Positions 1 to 10,004 of a DNA stretch of 64,000 bases are shown in pieces (the first letter of the stretch is position 1; the number at the start of each line of letters is the position of its first letter). The DNA comes from Lachnospiraceae bacterium Phil5 (GTDB taxonomy: Bacteria > Bacillota > Clostridia > TANB77 > CAG-508). The notes beneath the pieces were generated by a model, which searched no databases, was not told the origin of the DNA, and saw only the letters and a program-made list of their open reading frames with translations. The DNA lies in NCBI GenBank assembly GCA_002633185.1, contig NWBM01000002.1, forward strand, positions 145,640 through 209,639. The letters are read 5' to 3'. The position numbers and the translations under genes were made by a program.

Positions 1-963
1 AGAATAAAGAGTGTTTTACTTATCTTTCTCATCGTTGGAATGATTCTAGCGGTATTGTATCCAAGTTATTTCAAGCCAGAAAAACTCTTGCTTTTTAGTG
101 ATGAGTTTGTAGAACAAGAAAAAGACTCAAATATAATTAATATTGTTGCTGTTACATTTAAGACCATTATAATGGGAATATTAATAAATACGTTTATAAT
201 TAAGTATCAAAAAACTAAAAAAAATAAATATATATTATACTCATATTTTACAATGCTACTGTATACATTGTTAAGTACAGGTTACAACAGATTAAATATG
301 ATTATTCCGTTAGTTATTTTTGTCCTTATTACAGATAAGGTTTTTAAATGGAAAGGTCGTATATTGCTTATAGGGGCGTCAGTTATTCTTGTAACGAGTA
401 TTACTGCAGTAACTGTTAGTAAATTTAATTATAAATACGATAATAATTCGGATTTTAGTTATGTATTGACTGAATCAGTAGGTGATATACAGGAATATAC
501 TTCAAATATTAGACCAATTGCTTTAGGGATTGATGCTATAAAATATTATAAGCAGGAAATAGGAATAAAAACATTATTTAATGATTTTTTTGGATCACTT
601 CCTATGATTAGCCACTATATTAATCAAAACAATAGGTTAAATAATTATTATAATTTGTACGTATTGCAAGGAATAAATACATCACAAATTGTGCCTATGG
701 TTGTATCTTCAGTAGCTTATTTTTCGATGGCATTACCTACGGTTATGACAATTGTTATAATGATAATTGTAATGTATTTAGAAGGGAAAAGCTATAGAAA
801 AACATACAATAATTATTTAGAAATGTATATGAAGATTTTTTTGGTATTTCAATTGGCGTTTTGTTGTTTAAATGGAAATGTTCAAATGATAGTTGGAAAA
901 GTAATTGTTAAGTATGTGCCTGTAATGATTCTGTTATGGTTGAATAAAAAAAGCAGAATTTAA
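1..963 (+). CDS. Polytopic membrane protein, probable polysaccharide polymerase (Wzy/EpsG-like). The 5' end lies upstream of the window.
   Basis: The frame is open from nt 1, with no stop before the listed ATG at 40. The protein has many hydrophobic segments. It sits directly upstream of GT2, LicD and flippase genes. Confidence 0.45.
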   Translation, partial: RIKSVLLIFLIVGMILAVLYPSYFKPEKLLLFSDEFVEQEKDSNIINIVAVTFKTIIMGILINTFIIKYQKTKKNKYILYSYFTMLLYTLLSTGYNRLNMIIPLVIFVLITDKVFKWKGRILLIGASVILVTSITAVTVSKFNYKYDNNSDFSYVLTESVGDIQEYTSNIRPIALGIDAIKYYKQEIGIKTLFNDFFGSLPMISHYINQNNRLNNYYNLYVLQGINTSQIVPMVVSSVAYFSMALPTVMTIVIMIIVMYLEGKSYRKTYNNYLEMYMKIFLVFQLAFCCLNGNVQMIVGKVIVKYVPVMILLWLNKKSRI

Positions 964-991
964 AAATCATATCAAAAAAGAGGTGTGAAAA

Positions 992-1924
992 ATGAAAATG
1001 TTTAGTATTATTGTTCCAATTTATAAAGTAGAAAGCTATATAAAGGAATGTATAGAAACAGTTGTTAATCAAAATTATGATAATTATGAATTGATTTTAG
1101 TTGATGATGGCTCACCAGATAATTCAGGAAGGATATGTGATGAATATAAGAAAAAGTATTCAAATATTGTTGTAATTCATAAAGAAAACGGAGGAATATC
1201 TGATGCTAGAAATGCAGGAATAAAAGCTGCAAAAGGTAAATATATTATGTTCTTGGATGGCGATGATACATTGAATGCCGGTGTACTTCAAAAAATTGCT
1301 AACATACTTGATGAAGAGGAAGTTGATATATTATCTGGAAATTATAACATTTATGGTAGTGAATCTAATCAAAATGATTATATATTAAAAAGAATAGATG
1401 TATTAAATGATTATTTAATTTATTTAAATGAAATTCCTTGGGCTGTATGGAGAAATGTATTTAATAGAAGAGTAATTGATGAAAATAATATTGAATTTGC
1501 TAAAGAATTAATTTGCGCAGAAGATTGTGATTTCTTCTTGGATTTCTTTGATAAAGCTACTAACAAGAAATATACTAATATTAATATTATTAATTATAGA
1601 ACTAATAGAGATGGTTCAATAACAAATAGTATAAGTTATAATGCGATTATAGGTCAATTAAAGGTTTTTAGCAGATTATTTTATAAATATTATAATCAGG
1701 AAAATAAAGAGATATATGAAATGTTTGCAAAAAAATATTTAAATACAATTACAACAATTTACCATGTTGAGGATAAAGAACATCTGAAACAAATATATAA
1801 TAATATAAATGAAAATAAAGTAATACTGAAAAAAGTTAAAGGATTTAAATATAATATTGCAAAATTTCTATGGTCTATATTTGGTTTCAAAAATGGTTCT
1901 AGAATAATGAAATTAATCAAGTAG
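992..1924 (+). CDS. Family 2 glycosyltransferase
   Basis: The N-terminus FSIIVPIYKVESYIKECIETVVNQNYDNYELILVDDGSPD...DARNAGI...FLDGDD is the GT2 (GT-A, DxD) signature. An SD (gaggtg) precedes the ATG. Confidence 0.85.
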   Translation: MKMFSIIVPIYKVESYIKECIETVVNQNYDNYELILVDDGSPDNSGRICDEYKKKYSNIVVIHKENGGISDARNAGIKAAKGKYIMFLDGDDTLNAGVLQKIANILDEEEVDILSGNYNIYGSESNQNDYILKRIDVLNDYLIYLNEIPWAVWRNVFNRRVIDENNIEFAKELICAEDCDFFLDFFDKATNKKYTNINIINYRTNRDGSITNSISYNAIIGQLKVFSRLFYKYYNQENKEIYEMFAKKYLNTITTIYHVEDKEHLKQIYNNINENKVILKKVKGFKYNIAKFLWSIFGFKNGSRIMKLIK

Positions 1925-1948
1925 TATATAATAAAGGGAGTATGATAC

Positions 1949-2752
1949 ATGAAAAGAATTGATACTATAGAAGAGATACATAAAATTGGATTAGAGGAAT
2001 TAAAGTATTTTGATAAAATTTGTAAAGAGAATAATTTAAATTATTTTTTAGCAGGAGGAACGCTACTAGGTGCGGTTAGGCATAAGGGGTTTATTCCTTG
2101 GGATGACGATATTGATGTTGCAATGCCAAGAAAGGATTATGATAAATTAATAGGTATAGAATCAAAAGGAAGATACAAAATTATATCAATGGAAAATTGT
2201 AAGGATTATGTATGGTCTTGGGCTAAATTGATTGATACAAATACTTATGTAAAAGAAAAAAATATTATTGATATTGATGAGTATGGCATTTTTATAGATA
2301 TATTTCCTCTAGATGGTTTCGGAAATAATAAAATCATAGCATATATTTATGAATTTATTATAAGGTTTTTACGAGGAAGATTAGGTATAGTTATTAATAA
2401 ATACGAAAAAAACGTAAATTTCATTAAAAGACTTTTACAAAAACCTTATGAAAAAATGGGAAAGTTAAAAACATATAATAGAATATTAAAATATGCAAAA
2501 AAACATGATTTTTATACATCAAAATATGTTGGAAGTGTTGTGGGTGGTGCAAGAGGAAGAAAAGAAATATTTAATTGTAAAATCTATTCTGAAACTTTAG
2601 ATATGAATTTTGAAGGTTTAACTCTAAAAGGAATGAAATATTATGATGAGTATTTATCAAAAATGTATGGTAACTATATGGAATTACCACCAGAAGATAA
2701 AAGAGGTGGATTTCATACAATAGAATGCTATTACAGGAACGAGGAGGAATAA
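1949..2752 (+). CDS. licD: LicD-family phosphotransferase (phosphocholine or phospho-alditol transfer to polysaccharide)
   Basis: LAGGTLLGAVRHKGFIPWDDDIDVAMPRKDY is the LicD nucleotidyltransferase-fold motif. Confidence 0.85.
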   Translation: MKRIDTIEEIHKIGLEELKYFDKICKENNLNYFLAGGTLLGAVRHKGFIPWDDDIDVAMPRKDYDKLIGIESKGRYKIISMENCKDYVWSWAKLIDTNTYVKEKNIIDIDEYGIFIDIFPLDGFGNNKIIAYIYEFIIRFLRGRLGIVINKYEKNVNFIKRLLQKPYEKMGKLKTYNRILKYAKKHDFYTSKYVGSVVGGARGRKEIFNCKIYSETLDMNFEGLTLKGMKYYDEYLSKMYGNYMELPPEDKRGGFHTIECYYRNEEE

Positions 2753-2754
2753 AA

Positions 2755-3480
2755 ATGAATATAGGTGTAATATTTGCAGGTGGTGTTGGCACAAGAATGA
2801 GAACTAAAGATAAACCAAAGCAGTTTTTAGAAATTTGTAATAAGCCAATAATAATTTATACGCTTGAGCATTTTGAAAAAAATCCTAATATCGATGCAAT
2901 TGTGATTGCGTGTGTAAAAGATTGGATACCATATCTAGAAGAATTAATATATAAATTTAGAATTGAAAAAGTTAAAAAAATTGTTCAAGGTGGGAAAACT
3001 GGACAACAGTCAATTTATAATGGAATATGTGCTGCAAAAGAGGTTGCAGGAGATGAAAAAAGTATAGTTCTAATTCATGATGGAGTAAGACCATTAATAA
3101 ATTCTGATTTATTGACGAAAAATATTGAATGTGTAAAACAATACGGATCTTCAATAACAGCAGGAATTGTAAAAGAAACAATAGTTGTTATTGACGATGC
3201 GGGAAAAATTAAGGAAGTGCCTTCAAGAGCAAATTCTAGAGTTGCAAAAGCTCCACAATGCTTTTGGTTAGACGAAATACTAGGAATTCATAATAAAGCA
3301 GTTTCTGAAAATAGGTTTGATTTTATTGATTCGTGTACAATGGCACAACATTACGGTAAACAGTTATATATGATAGATGGTCCATATGAAAATATAAAAG
3401 TTACAACACCTGATGATTTCTATACAATGAGAGCAATATTACAAGTTAAAGAAGATCAACAATTATATGGATTGGATTAA
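2755..3480 (+). CDS. IspD/TarI-family cytidylyltransferase (CDP-ribitol or CDP-alcohol synthase type)
   Basis: MNIGVIFAGGVGTRM...KPKQFL is the IspD/TarI P-loop. GGAGG at 2743-2747 precedes ATG 2755. The ORF-track start at 2725 overlaps licD and has no SD. Confidence 0.8.
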   Translation: MNIGVIFAGGVGTRMRTKDKPKQFLEICNKPIIIYTLEHFEKNPNIDAIVIACVKDWIPYLEELIYKFRIEKVKKIVQGGKTGQQSIYNGICAAKEVAGDEKSIVLIHDGVRPLINSDLLTKNIECVKQYGSSITAGIVKETIVVIDDAGKIKEVPSRANSRVAKAPQCFWLDEILGIHNKAVSENRFDFIDSCTMAQHYGKQLYMIDGPYENIKVTTPDDFYTMRAILQVKEDQQLYGLD

Positions 3481-3493
3481 GTAGAGGTATGTT

Positions 3494-4541
3494 ATGTGGA
3501 TAGAAAATGATATATATAAGAATGATTTAGAGAGTATAATTAATGATACAAATATAAATTGGGAAATGTTTAAGGATAAAGCTATATTAATTACAGGTGC
3601 AACTCGGATTGATAGGTTCTAACCTAGTTGATTCGTTATTATATGCAAATGAAAAGTTGAAAATTAATTGTATGATATATGCATTAGTTAGAAACGAAGA
3701 AAAAGCATTAAAAAAATTTGAAAAGCAAAAAACAGATAAATTAGAGTTTATTGTTAGTGATGTTTGTAATAAAATAGAATGTAATAAAAAAATAGATTAT
3801 ATAATTCATGGAGCAAGTCAAACTGCAAGTAAAAAATTTGTTGATAACCCAATTGAGACCATAGATATTGCATTAAAAGGAACAAAAAATGTATTAGAAT
3901 TTGCTAAAAACAATAACATAGAAAGCATGGTATTTCTTTCAACTATGGAAGTTTACGGAAGACCTCAAGCCGATGAGAAAATATCAGAGACTCATTTTAC
4001 AAATTTGGATACAACGGAAATAAGAAATTGTTATCCAATAAGTAAAAGAATGTGTGAAAATTTATGCGTTTGTTATAATGTAAATGCAAAAATTGCAAGA
4101 TTAACTCAAACATTTGGTACAGGTGTAAATTATAATGATGAAAGAGTGTTTGCACAATTTGCAAGATGTGTAATAGAAAACAAAGATATTATTCTTCACA
4201 CTAAAGGCGAGACTAAAAGAAGTTACCTGTATACAGCTGATGCTACTAGAGCTATTTTAACAATTTTATTAAAAGGTGAAAGTGGACAAGCATACAATGT
4301 AGCAAATGAAGATACATATTGTTCTATATACGATATGGCTAAATTGGTTGCAAACGAATGCACAAACGGTAAAATACACGTAAAGTGCGAATGTGAAAAT
4401 GATATAAAAAAATATGGTTATGCACCAACTTTACATATGAATTTAGATACGCAAAAAATACAGCAAATAAAATGGAGAGCAAAGTTTAATCTAATTGATA
4501 TGTATATAAATATGATAAAGACAATGAGGGATATAAAATGA
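3494..4541 (+). CDS. NAD-dependent epimerase/dehydratase (SDR), interrupted by a +1 frame change at CGG 3605-3607. It may be annotated as a pseudogene.
   Basis: ATG 3494 gives MWIENDIYKNDLESIINDTNINWEMFKDKAILITGAT, followed by CGG. Reading GGA at 3606 continues GLIGSNLVDSLL. Together these form the Rossmann GxxGxxG motif (GATGLIG). The 0 frame stops at 3620. Confidence 0.75.
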
Positions 4542-5704
4542 AAAAAATAGTTTTAGTTGGATTGATTAGTGATGCAAATTTAGGAGATCAAGCTATATAT
4601 GAAGCAACTAAGTTTCAAATTGATCGTATTTTTAAAAATAAAAATGAGAACGTTGAATTTGAATTAATTGATTTATGTATAGGGAATAATAGTAAAAAAA
4701 ATAATTTTATTAGAAGTATATATAAAAGGGTAAAAAATAAATTGTATAGTCCAGTTAAATCATTTTGCAATAGAATAAAAAAAGAAAGTAAGAAAAAAAT
4801 AAATAATCAAGTTAATTCAATTGTATTTTGTGGTGGAGGACTTATAAAGTTTAAACAACAAATAGAAATTGGCCGTGCAATCAGTATTATTATTGAAAGT
4901 GCACAAAAATTTAATATACCAGTAATGTTTTCTGGAGTTGGCGTAGAAGGATATGATGAAAACAATATAAATTGTCAAAAACTGAAAAAAAGCATTAACA
5001 ATAATTGTGTTAAATATATAACTACAAGAGATGATATTAATACATTGAATAATTATTATTTAAAAGATAACACGAGAATTGTAACAGCAAAAGTTTCAGA
5101 TTCAGCATGTTCTATAAACCAATTATATCCAAAAACAATAAAAAACAATAACACTATTGGTTTAGGTATGATAAGAGCTAATTTATTTAAGGATTATGAA
5201 ATTGATTTTTCTGATAATCAAGCAATAGAATTATATAAAGAATTATATTATAAAATTATAAACTCAGGTAGAAAATGTAAATTTTTTACAAATGGAAACA
5301 TAGCTGATCAAATTTTTGCTGAACGCTTAATTGATAAGCTAAATTTGGATAAGAAAGATGTTTTAGAAGAAAGACCAAATAAAGTCGAAGACTTAATAAA
5401 TATTATTACGTCATATAGTGGTATGATAGTTGCAAGGTTACATGCCAGTATTATTGCGTATTCATATAATATACCTTGTATTGGATTAGTATGGAATAAT
5501 AAACAGAAATTCTTTGGAGAGGCAATAGAATGTCCAAATCGATTCATAGAACACGATAAATTCAATGCAGAGTATATTTTAAGTGAGCTAGAGAATGCTA
5601 TGGATATAGGACAGTATTCTTTAAATAATGAAGAATATAAAAACAGTAATTCTTATTATATAGAAAAATTTATCCAAGAATTTGTTTTTGAAAGGAATGA
5701 CTAA
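4538..5704 (+). CDS. Polysaccharide pyruvyl transferase family protein
   Basis: The N-terminus KIVLVGLISDANLGDQAIYEATK and the C-terminal RLHASIIAYSYNIPCIGL are typical of the CsaB/WcaK-type family. The start overlaps the preceding stop (ATGA). Confidence 0.7.
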   Translation: MKKIVLVGLISDANLGDQAIYEATKFQIDRIFKNKNENVEFELIDLCIGNNSKKNNFIRSIYKRVKNKLYSPVKSFCNRIKKESKKKINNQVNSIVFCGGGLIKFKQQIEIGRAISIIIESAQKFNIPVMFSGVGVEGYDENNINCQKLKKSINNNCVKYITTRDDINTLNNYYLKDNTRIVTAKVSDSACSINQLYPKTIKNNNTIGLGMIRANLFKDYEIDFSDNQAIELYKELYYKIINSGRKCKFFTNGNIADQIFAERLIDKLNLDKKDVLEERPNKVEDLINIITSYSGMIVARLHASIIAYSYNIPCIGLVWNNKQKFFGEAIECPNRFIEHDKFNAEYILSELENAMDIGQYSLNNEEYKNSNSYYIEKFIQEFVFERND

Positions 5705-7269
5705 TGGAAGAGTCAAGAACACAAAATACAATAAAGAATGTAAAAACAGGAGCTATAGTTCAATTGGTTAATAGAATTATGTCATTTATTGTCAGAACAG
5801 TATTTATACGTATGTTGAATACAGAGTATTTAGGAGTAAATGGCTTATTTACTAATATACTAACTATATTATCATTTGCTGAGTTAGGAATAGGAACAGC
5901 AATAATATTTAATATGTATAAACCAGTTGCAGAGAATGATAAAGAAAAAATAAAAAGCTTAATGCAATTATATAAAAAGACATATAGAATAATTGGCTTT
6001 ACTGTATTTATTTTGGGATTGTGTGTAATTCCGTTTATGAATTTAATAATTAAAGAAACACCTGACATTAAAGAGAATATTGTATTTATATACATATTGT
6101 TTTTAACTAATACAGCTGCTTCTTACTTCTTCACATATAAGAAATCGATAATAGCGGCTTATCAAAAACAAAGCATAATAAATAATATTGATAGCGTGTT
6201 TTATTTATGCAGTAGTATTTTGCAAATTGTTTTTTTGGTTTTAACCAGAAATTACATTATATATTTATTAATTTTGATTTTATCAACTATTTTGGAAAAT
6301 ATAATTTTGGCAAATAAAGCAGATAGGATGTATCCATTTTTAAAAGAAAAGGATACAAAGAAATTAAAAAAAGAAGAAACAAATAATATTTTCAGTAATG
6401 TAAAATCTCTTATTGTATATAAATTTGGTTCGGTTATTATGAATGGAACTGATAATATTTTAATATCATCTCTTATAAATGTAGAAACAGTTGGATTATG
6501 CTCAAATTATGTTTTGATAATAACAGCTGTAAAATCTGTGCTTTCATCTGCATTAAACGGAGTAACTGCGAGTGTTGGAAATTTAAATGTGGTAGGAGAA
6601 CCAAAACAAAAAGAAAACGTTTTTTATCAAATAACATTTGTTAATTACTTAGTATATTCTTTTTGTGCAATTGCATTTATTGTATTATTAAATCCTTTTA
6701 TAAAGATATGGTTAGGTGATAATTATGTATTAAGTTTATCAGTTTCTGTATCATTGGCTGTTAGTTTCTTTGTAGAAGGCTTAAGAAACCCAGGTTATAC
6801 ATATAGAACTACATTGGGGTTATTTGAAAAAGGTAGAATCACGCCATATATAGGTGCAATAACTAATATTATATTTTCAGTTGCATTATGTAAATTGCTT
6901 GGAGTTGCGGGTATTTTTATTGCAACAGTTATCGCTCAATTGGTTTCATATTCGTGGATAGATCCATATTTAATACATAAATATGAATTTAAAACATCAG
7001 TAAAAAAATATTACAAAAAATATTTATTATATTTTGCAGTGTTTTCGATAAGCACAATTATATCAATATTTTTGTCATCTATGGTTTCTGGAAGCTTAAT
7101 TATGGTTTTAATTTTAGATGCTTTGATTGCGTGTGTAATACCAAATACCGCTAATATTATTTTCTTTAGAAAAACAGATGAGTATATAGAATTAAAAAGA
7201 AAAATTGTTGAGCCTTTTTTTATAAAAAATAAAAAAATTGCTTTGTTATATAGGAGAAAAAATGGCTAA
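5704..7269 (+). CDS. Wzx-type polysaccharide flippase (MOP superfamily)
   Basis: The protein is 521 aa with about 12-14 TM segments. The N-terminus NTIKNVKTGAIVQLVNRIMSFIVRTVFIRMLNTEYLGVNGLF is typical of polysaccharide biosynthesis (PST) proteins. Confidence 0.8.
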   Translation: MEESRTQNTIKNVKTGAIVQLVNRIMSFIVRTVFIRMLNTEYLGVNGLFTNILTILSFAELGIGTAIIFNMYKPVAENDKEKIKSLMQLYKKTYRIIGFTVFILGLCVIPFMNLIIKETPDIKENIVFIYILFLTNTAASYFFTYKKSIIAAYQKQSIINNIDSVFYLCSSILQIVFLVLTRNYIIYLLILILSTILENIILANKADRMYPFLKEKDTKKLKKEETNNIFSNVKSLIVYKFGSVIMNGTDNILISSLINVETVGLCSNYVLIITAVKSVLSSALNGVTASVGNLNVVGEPKQKENVFYQITFVNYLVYSFCAIAFIVLLNPFIKIWLGDNYVLSLSVSVSLAVSFFVEGLRNPGYTYRTTLGLFEKGRITPYIGAITNIIFSVALCKLLGVAGIFIATVIAQLVSYSWIDPYLIHKYEFKTSVKKYYKKYLLYFAVFSISTIISIFLSSMVSGSLIMVLILDALIACVIPNTANIIFFRKTDEYIELKRKIVEPFFIKNKKIALLYRRKNG

Positions 7270-7780
7270 ACTACCAAACCAATTTGAAAAACTAACCGAC
7301 AAAATCCTCGCCACAATTTACAAAGCTATCAAAAAACACTCTCCACCCAACCTAGAACTAACCAAAGTAACCGACCTCGACATAACCCTCGTAAAAAAGC
7401 TAAAAAGCGAATACGGAATAGGCGGCTTAATAATAGACGTAGACGACACTCTAAGAAAAGAAAACTACAAAATTCCAAAATGTAACCAAAACTGGCTAGA
7501 ATATATGAAAAAAGAATTCAAAATTTGTATTGTATCAAAAGGACATGCAAAGGAAAATGTTGAAGATGTTCTTAAATCAATAGGCATAGAATACATAAGC
7601 GGTTATAGTGCATCAAAACAGAAACGATTTTTAGAAGCGGCAAATAAAATGGGGTTAGATCCAGAGAATGTTTTGGTTATTGGTGATGATGTTATAAATG
7701 ATATTTATGATGGAAATAAAAGTGGAATGATTACTGCTATTGTAAAAGAGGTTGTGGATGAGGAAGACCTAGAAAGGTAA
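7262..7780 (+). CDS. HAD-IIIA phosphatase, YqeG-like
   Basis: DxDxT motif (IIDVDDTL), KICIVSKG, and VIGDDVINDIYDGNKSGMITAIV. AGGAG precedes ATG 7262. Confidence 0.7.
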   Translation: MAKLPNQFEKLTDKILATIYKAIKKHSPPNLELTKVTDLDITLVKKLKSEYGIGGLIIDVDDTLRKENYKIPKCNQNWLEYMKKEFKICIVSKGHAKENVEDVLKSIGIEYISGYSASKQKRFLEAANKMGLDPENVLVIGDDVINDIYDGNKSGMITAIVKEVVDEEDLER

Positions 7781-7799
7781 TATCCTGTGAAAACGCATA

Positions 7800-8180
7800 T
7801 TGACAGACTTACTAGAGTTTTGTATAATAGAATTACCTAAAACTAATAAGTTTAAAACAAACAATAAGTTAGATGAATGGGTAAGATTTATTAAGGAACC
7901 AGAGGTGGTAGATATGTCTGATGAAAACAAAAATGAATCAATAAAAAAAGCTAAGAAAGTGTTGCAAGAGATAAGTAACGATGAGCAAGAAAGATATCTT
8001 GCTGAGTTAAGAGAAAAATATATTTTAGATCAAAATTCGATTCGAGCTTATGGTAAAGAAGAAGGAATAAAAGAAGGAATAGAAACTGTTGCAAAAGAGA
8101 TGCTAAAACAAGGAACAGATATTGAGTATATTGCAAAAGTCACAAAATTATCAAAGGAAGAAATAGAAAGATTAAAATAA
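7800..8180 (+). pseudogene. C-terminal remnant of an Rpn/YhgA-like (PD-(D/E)XK) recombination-promoting nuclease or putative transposase
   Basis: IIELPK...EWVRFIKEP...ERYLAELREKYILDQNSIRAYGKEEGIKEGIE...IAKVTKLSKEEIERL matches only the C-terminal half of the family. There is no nuclease N-terminus, no ATG and no SD. Confidence 0.55.
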
Positions 8181-8215
8181 ATTTGTTATAATAATTTAAA
8201 ATATCAAATCTTAAA

Positions 8216-8260
8216 AATCAAAGTATACAATAAACTTTACATTGTCTACTTTGATTTTTT
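8216..8260 (+). terminator. Rho-independent terminator
   Basis: Stem aatcaaagta / tactttgatt followed by a T-run. Confidence 0.6.
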
Positions 8261-8345
8261 AATTACAAATTTTAAAAAAATCTTGCAAATTTCGACAAAC
8301 TGATATATCATAAAATTACAAACACAAAAGAGGGGGAAATAATCC

Positions 8346-9752
8346 ATGGAAGAAATCGACTTAAAGCAGTTGCTACGTATGTTTTGGAGAAAAAGATTAC
8401 TGTTAATAATATGCACAATAATAGGTCTAGTAATAGGCTATATTTACAACGCGTTTTTAACAACTCCAAAATACAAAGCTACTGCTACTTTTTTATTGTC
8501 TAATTCAGAAAATACAAACGAAACAACAATAACAACAACAGATGTAACATTAAACTCAAAAATTATAAATAACTACACGGAACTAGCAAAAAGTGACGCA
8601 GTATTAGATGAAGTAATGACAAGACTAAAGCTATCAACAAGCAAATCAGAATTAAAGAAAAGCATCGCTATCAAAGTAAAAAAAGACACAGAGTTTGTAG
8701 AACTATCTGTAACATTGCCAGAAAAAGAAAATTCTGCAATTATAGCAAATGGAATAGTTCAAGTTTTAGAAGAAAAAGTAAAAACTATATATAATATGGA
8801 AAATTTACGTATAGTAGACTTAGCTAAAACACCATTAGGACCATGCAATAAAAGCCCAATGAAATATTCAGCAATAGGAGGAGCAGTAGGTTTAGTAATT
8901 GCTGTTGTAATAGTATTGCTATTACAAGTATTAGATGATTCTATAAATGACGTAGATGATGTGGAAAATAAACTAAACCTACCAGTTATAGCAACATTCA
9001 GCAAACAAGAAGATTCAAATACATTACATTGGAATGCAAAGGCAGATTATGTTGAAGGCTTTAAAGCACTAAGAACAAATCTTCAATTTTCAAAAGGAAT
9101 GGAAAACAAGCAAACAATAGCTGTTTCAAGTATCTTTGCAGGTGAAGGAAAAAGCTGGGTTGTTACAAATTTAGCAATGGCATACGCTAAAGCAGATTAT
9201 TCAGTATTAATAGTAGATGCCGACTTACGTAAAGGTGTTCAACATCATAAATTAGGAGTTCAACAAAAACCAGGACTAATACAATTAATACAAAAAATTG
9301 AAAATGTAGAAGATTTTCCAGATTGGAATAAATATATAAAAGAAACAAAATTAGAAAACATATTCCTATTACCAACAGGTGGTAATGTAAGTGATTCATC
9401 AGAATTATTATTATCAAACAAGCTAAAGAAAATAATTGCAGAACTAAAGAAAGGATTCGACATAATAATTTTCGATTCAACACCAAGTGCTTTAGTTACT
9501 GATGCTATAGTTTTATCTAGAGCAGTAGATACAAATATAATTGTAACAGAATTTGAAAAAACGAAATTCAGAGATTTGAAAAAAATGAAGAATAATATTG
9601 ATAATGTTGGTGGAAATATTTCTGGAATAATAATTAACAAAGTTGATAGAGTGGCAAGTAAAAAATATTATTACTATTATGGGGAAGAAAAAAGTTTAAC
9701 AACAAGCAGCAAGCATAAGAAAAAGAGCTACGAATATAAAAGAAGTAAATAA
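8346..9752 (+). CDS. Fused chain-length determinant (Wzz/CpsC-like) and BY-tyrosine kinase (CpsD-like)
   Basis: Two TM segments flank a Wzz-like ectodomain. These are followed by Walker A (FAGEGKSWV), Walker A' (LIVDADLRK), Walker B (IIIFDSTP) and a C-terminal Tyr cluster (KKYYYYYGEE). Confidence 0.85.
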   Translation: MEEIDLKQLLRMFWRKRLLLIICTIIGLVIGYIYNAFLTTPKYKATATFLLSNSENTNETTITTTDVTLNSKIINNYTELAKSDAVLDEVMTRLKLSTSKSELKKSIAIKVKKDTEFVELSVTLPEKENSAIIANGIVQVLEEKVKTIYNMENLRIVDLAKTPLGPCNKSPMKYSAIGGAVGLVIAVVIVLLLQVLDDSINDVDDVENKLNLPVIATFSKQEDSNTLHWNAKADYVEGFKALRTNLQFSKGMENKQTIAVSSIFAGEGKSWVVTNLAMAYAKADYSVLIVDADLRKGVQHHKLGVQQKPGLIQLIQKIENVEDFPDWNKYIKETKLENIFLLPTGGNVSDSSELLLSNKLKKIIAELKKGFDIIIFDSTPSALVTDAIVLSRAVDTNIIVTEFEKTKFRDLKKMKNNIDNVGGNISGIIINKVDRVASKKYYYYYGEEKSLTTSSKHKKKSYEYKRSK

Positions 9753-9765
9753 TTTTTTAGGTCAT

Positions 9766-9880
9766 TTTTGGGACACGTCTAAAAATGAAAATGGGGACGG
9801 TTCTCTTTTCCAAATCCATGCCAGCTGAGCTGGCATGTTTGGAAAAGAGAATCGTCTCAGTTTCCAGACGTGTTCTTAAA
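9766..9880 (+). repeat. Nested imperfect palindrome of about 115 bp, with termini related to the GGGACAC repeat family
   Basis: tttttgggacacgtct ... agacgtgttcttaaaaaa enclose gacggttctcttttccaaa / tttggaaaagagaatcgtc and a central catgccagc-tga-gctggcatg. Confidence 0.7.
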
Positions 9881-9929
9881 AAATTATTAAAATTTTTGAA
9901 TAAAAAATCGAAAAAAATCAAAAAATATA

Positions 9930-9958
9930 TTGACGAAAAAAATAATTAAATGTAAAAT
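9930..9958 (+). promoter_or_regulatory. Sigma-A-type promoter (TTGACG-17-TAAAAT)
   Basis: Hexamers lie at 9930-9935 and 9953-9958, upstream of the 10005 CDS. Confidence 0.5.
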
Positions 9959-10004
9959 AAAGATATAAAAATATAAATTCAAAAGAAAAAAGGAGATAAA
10001 AAAC

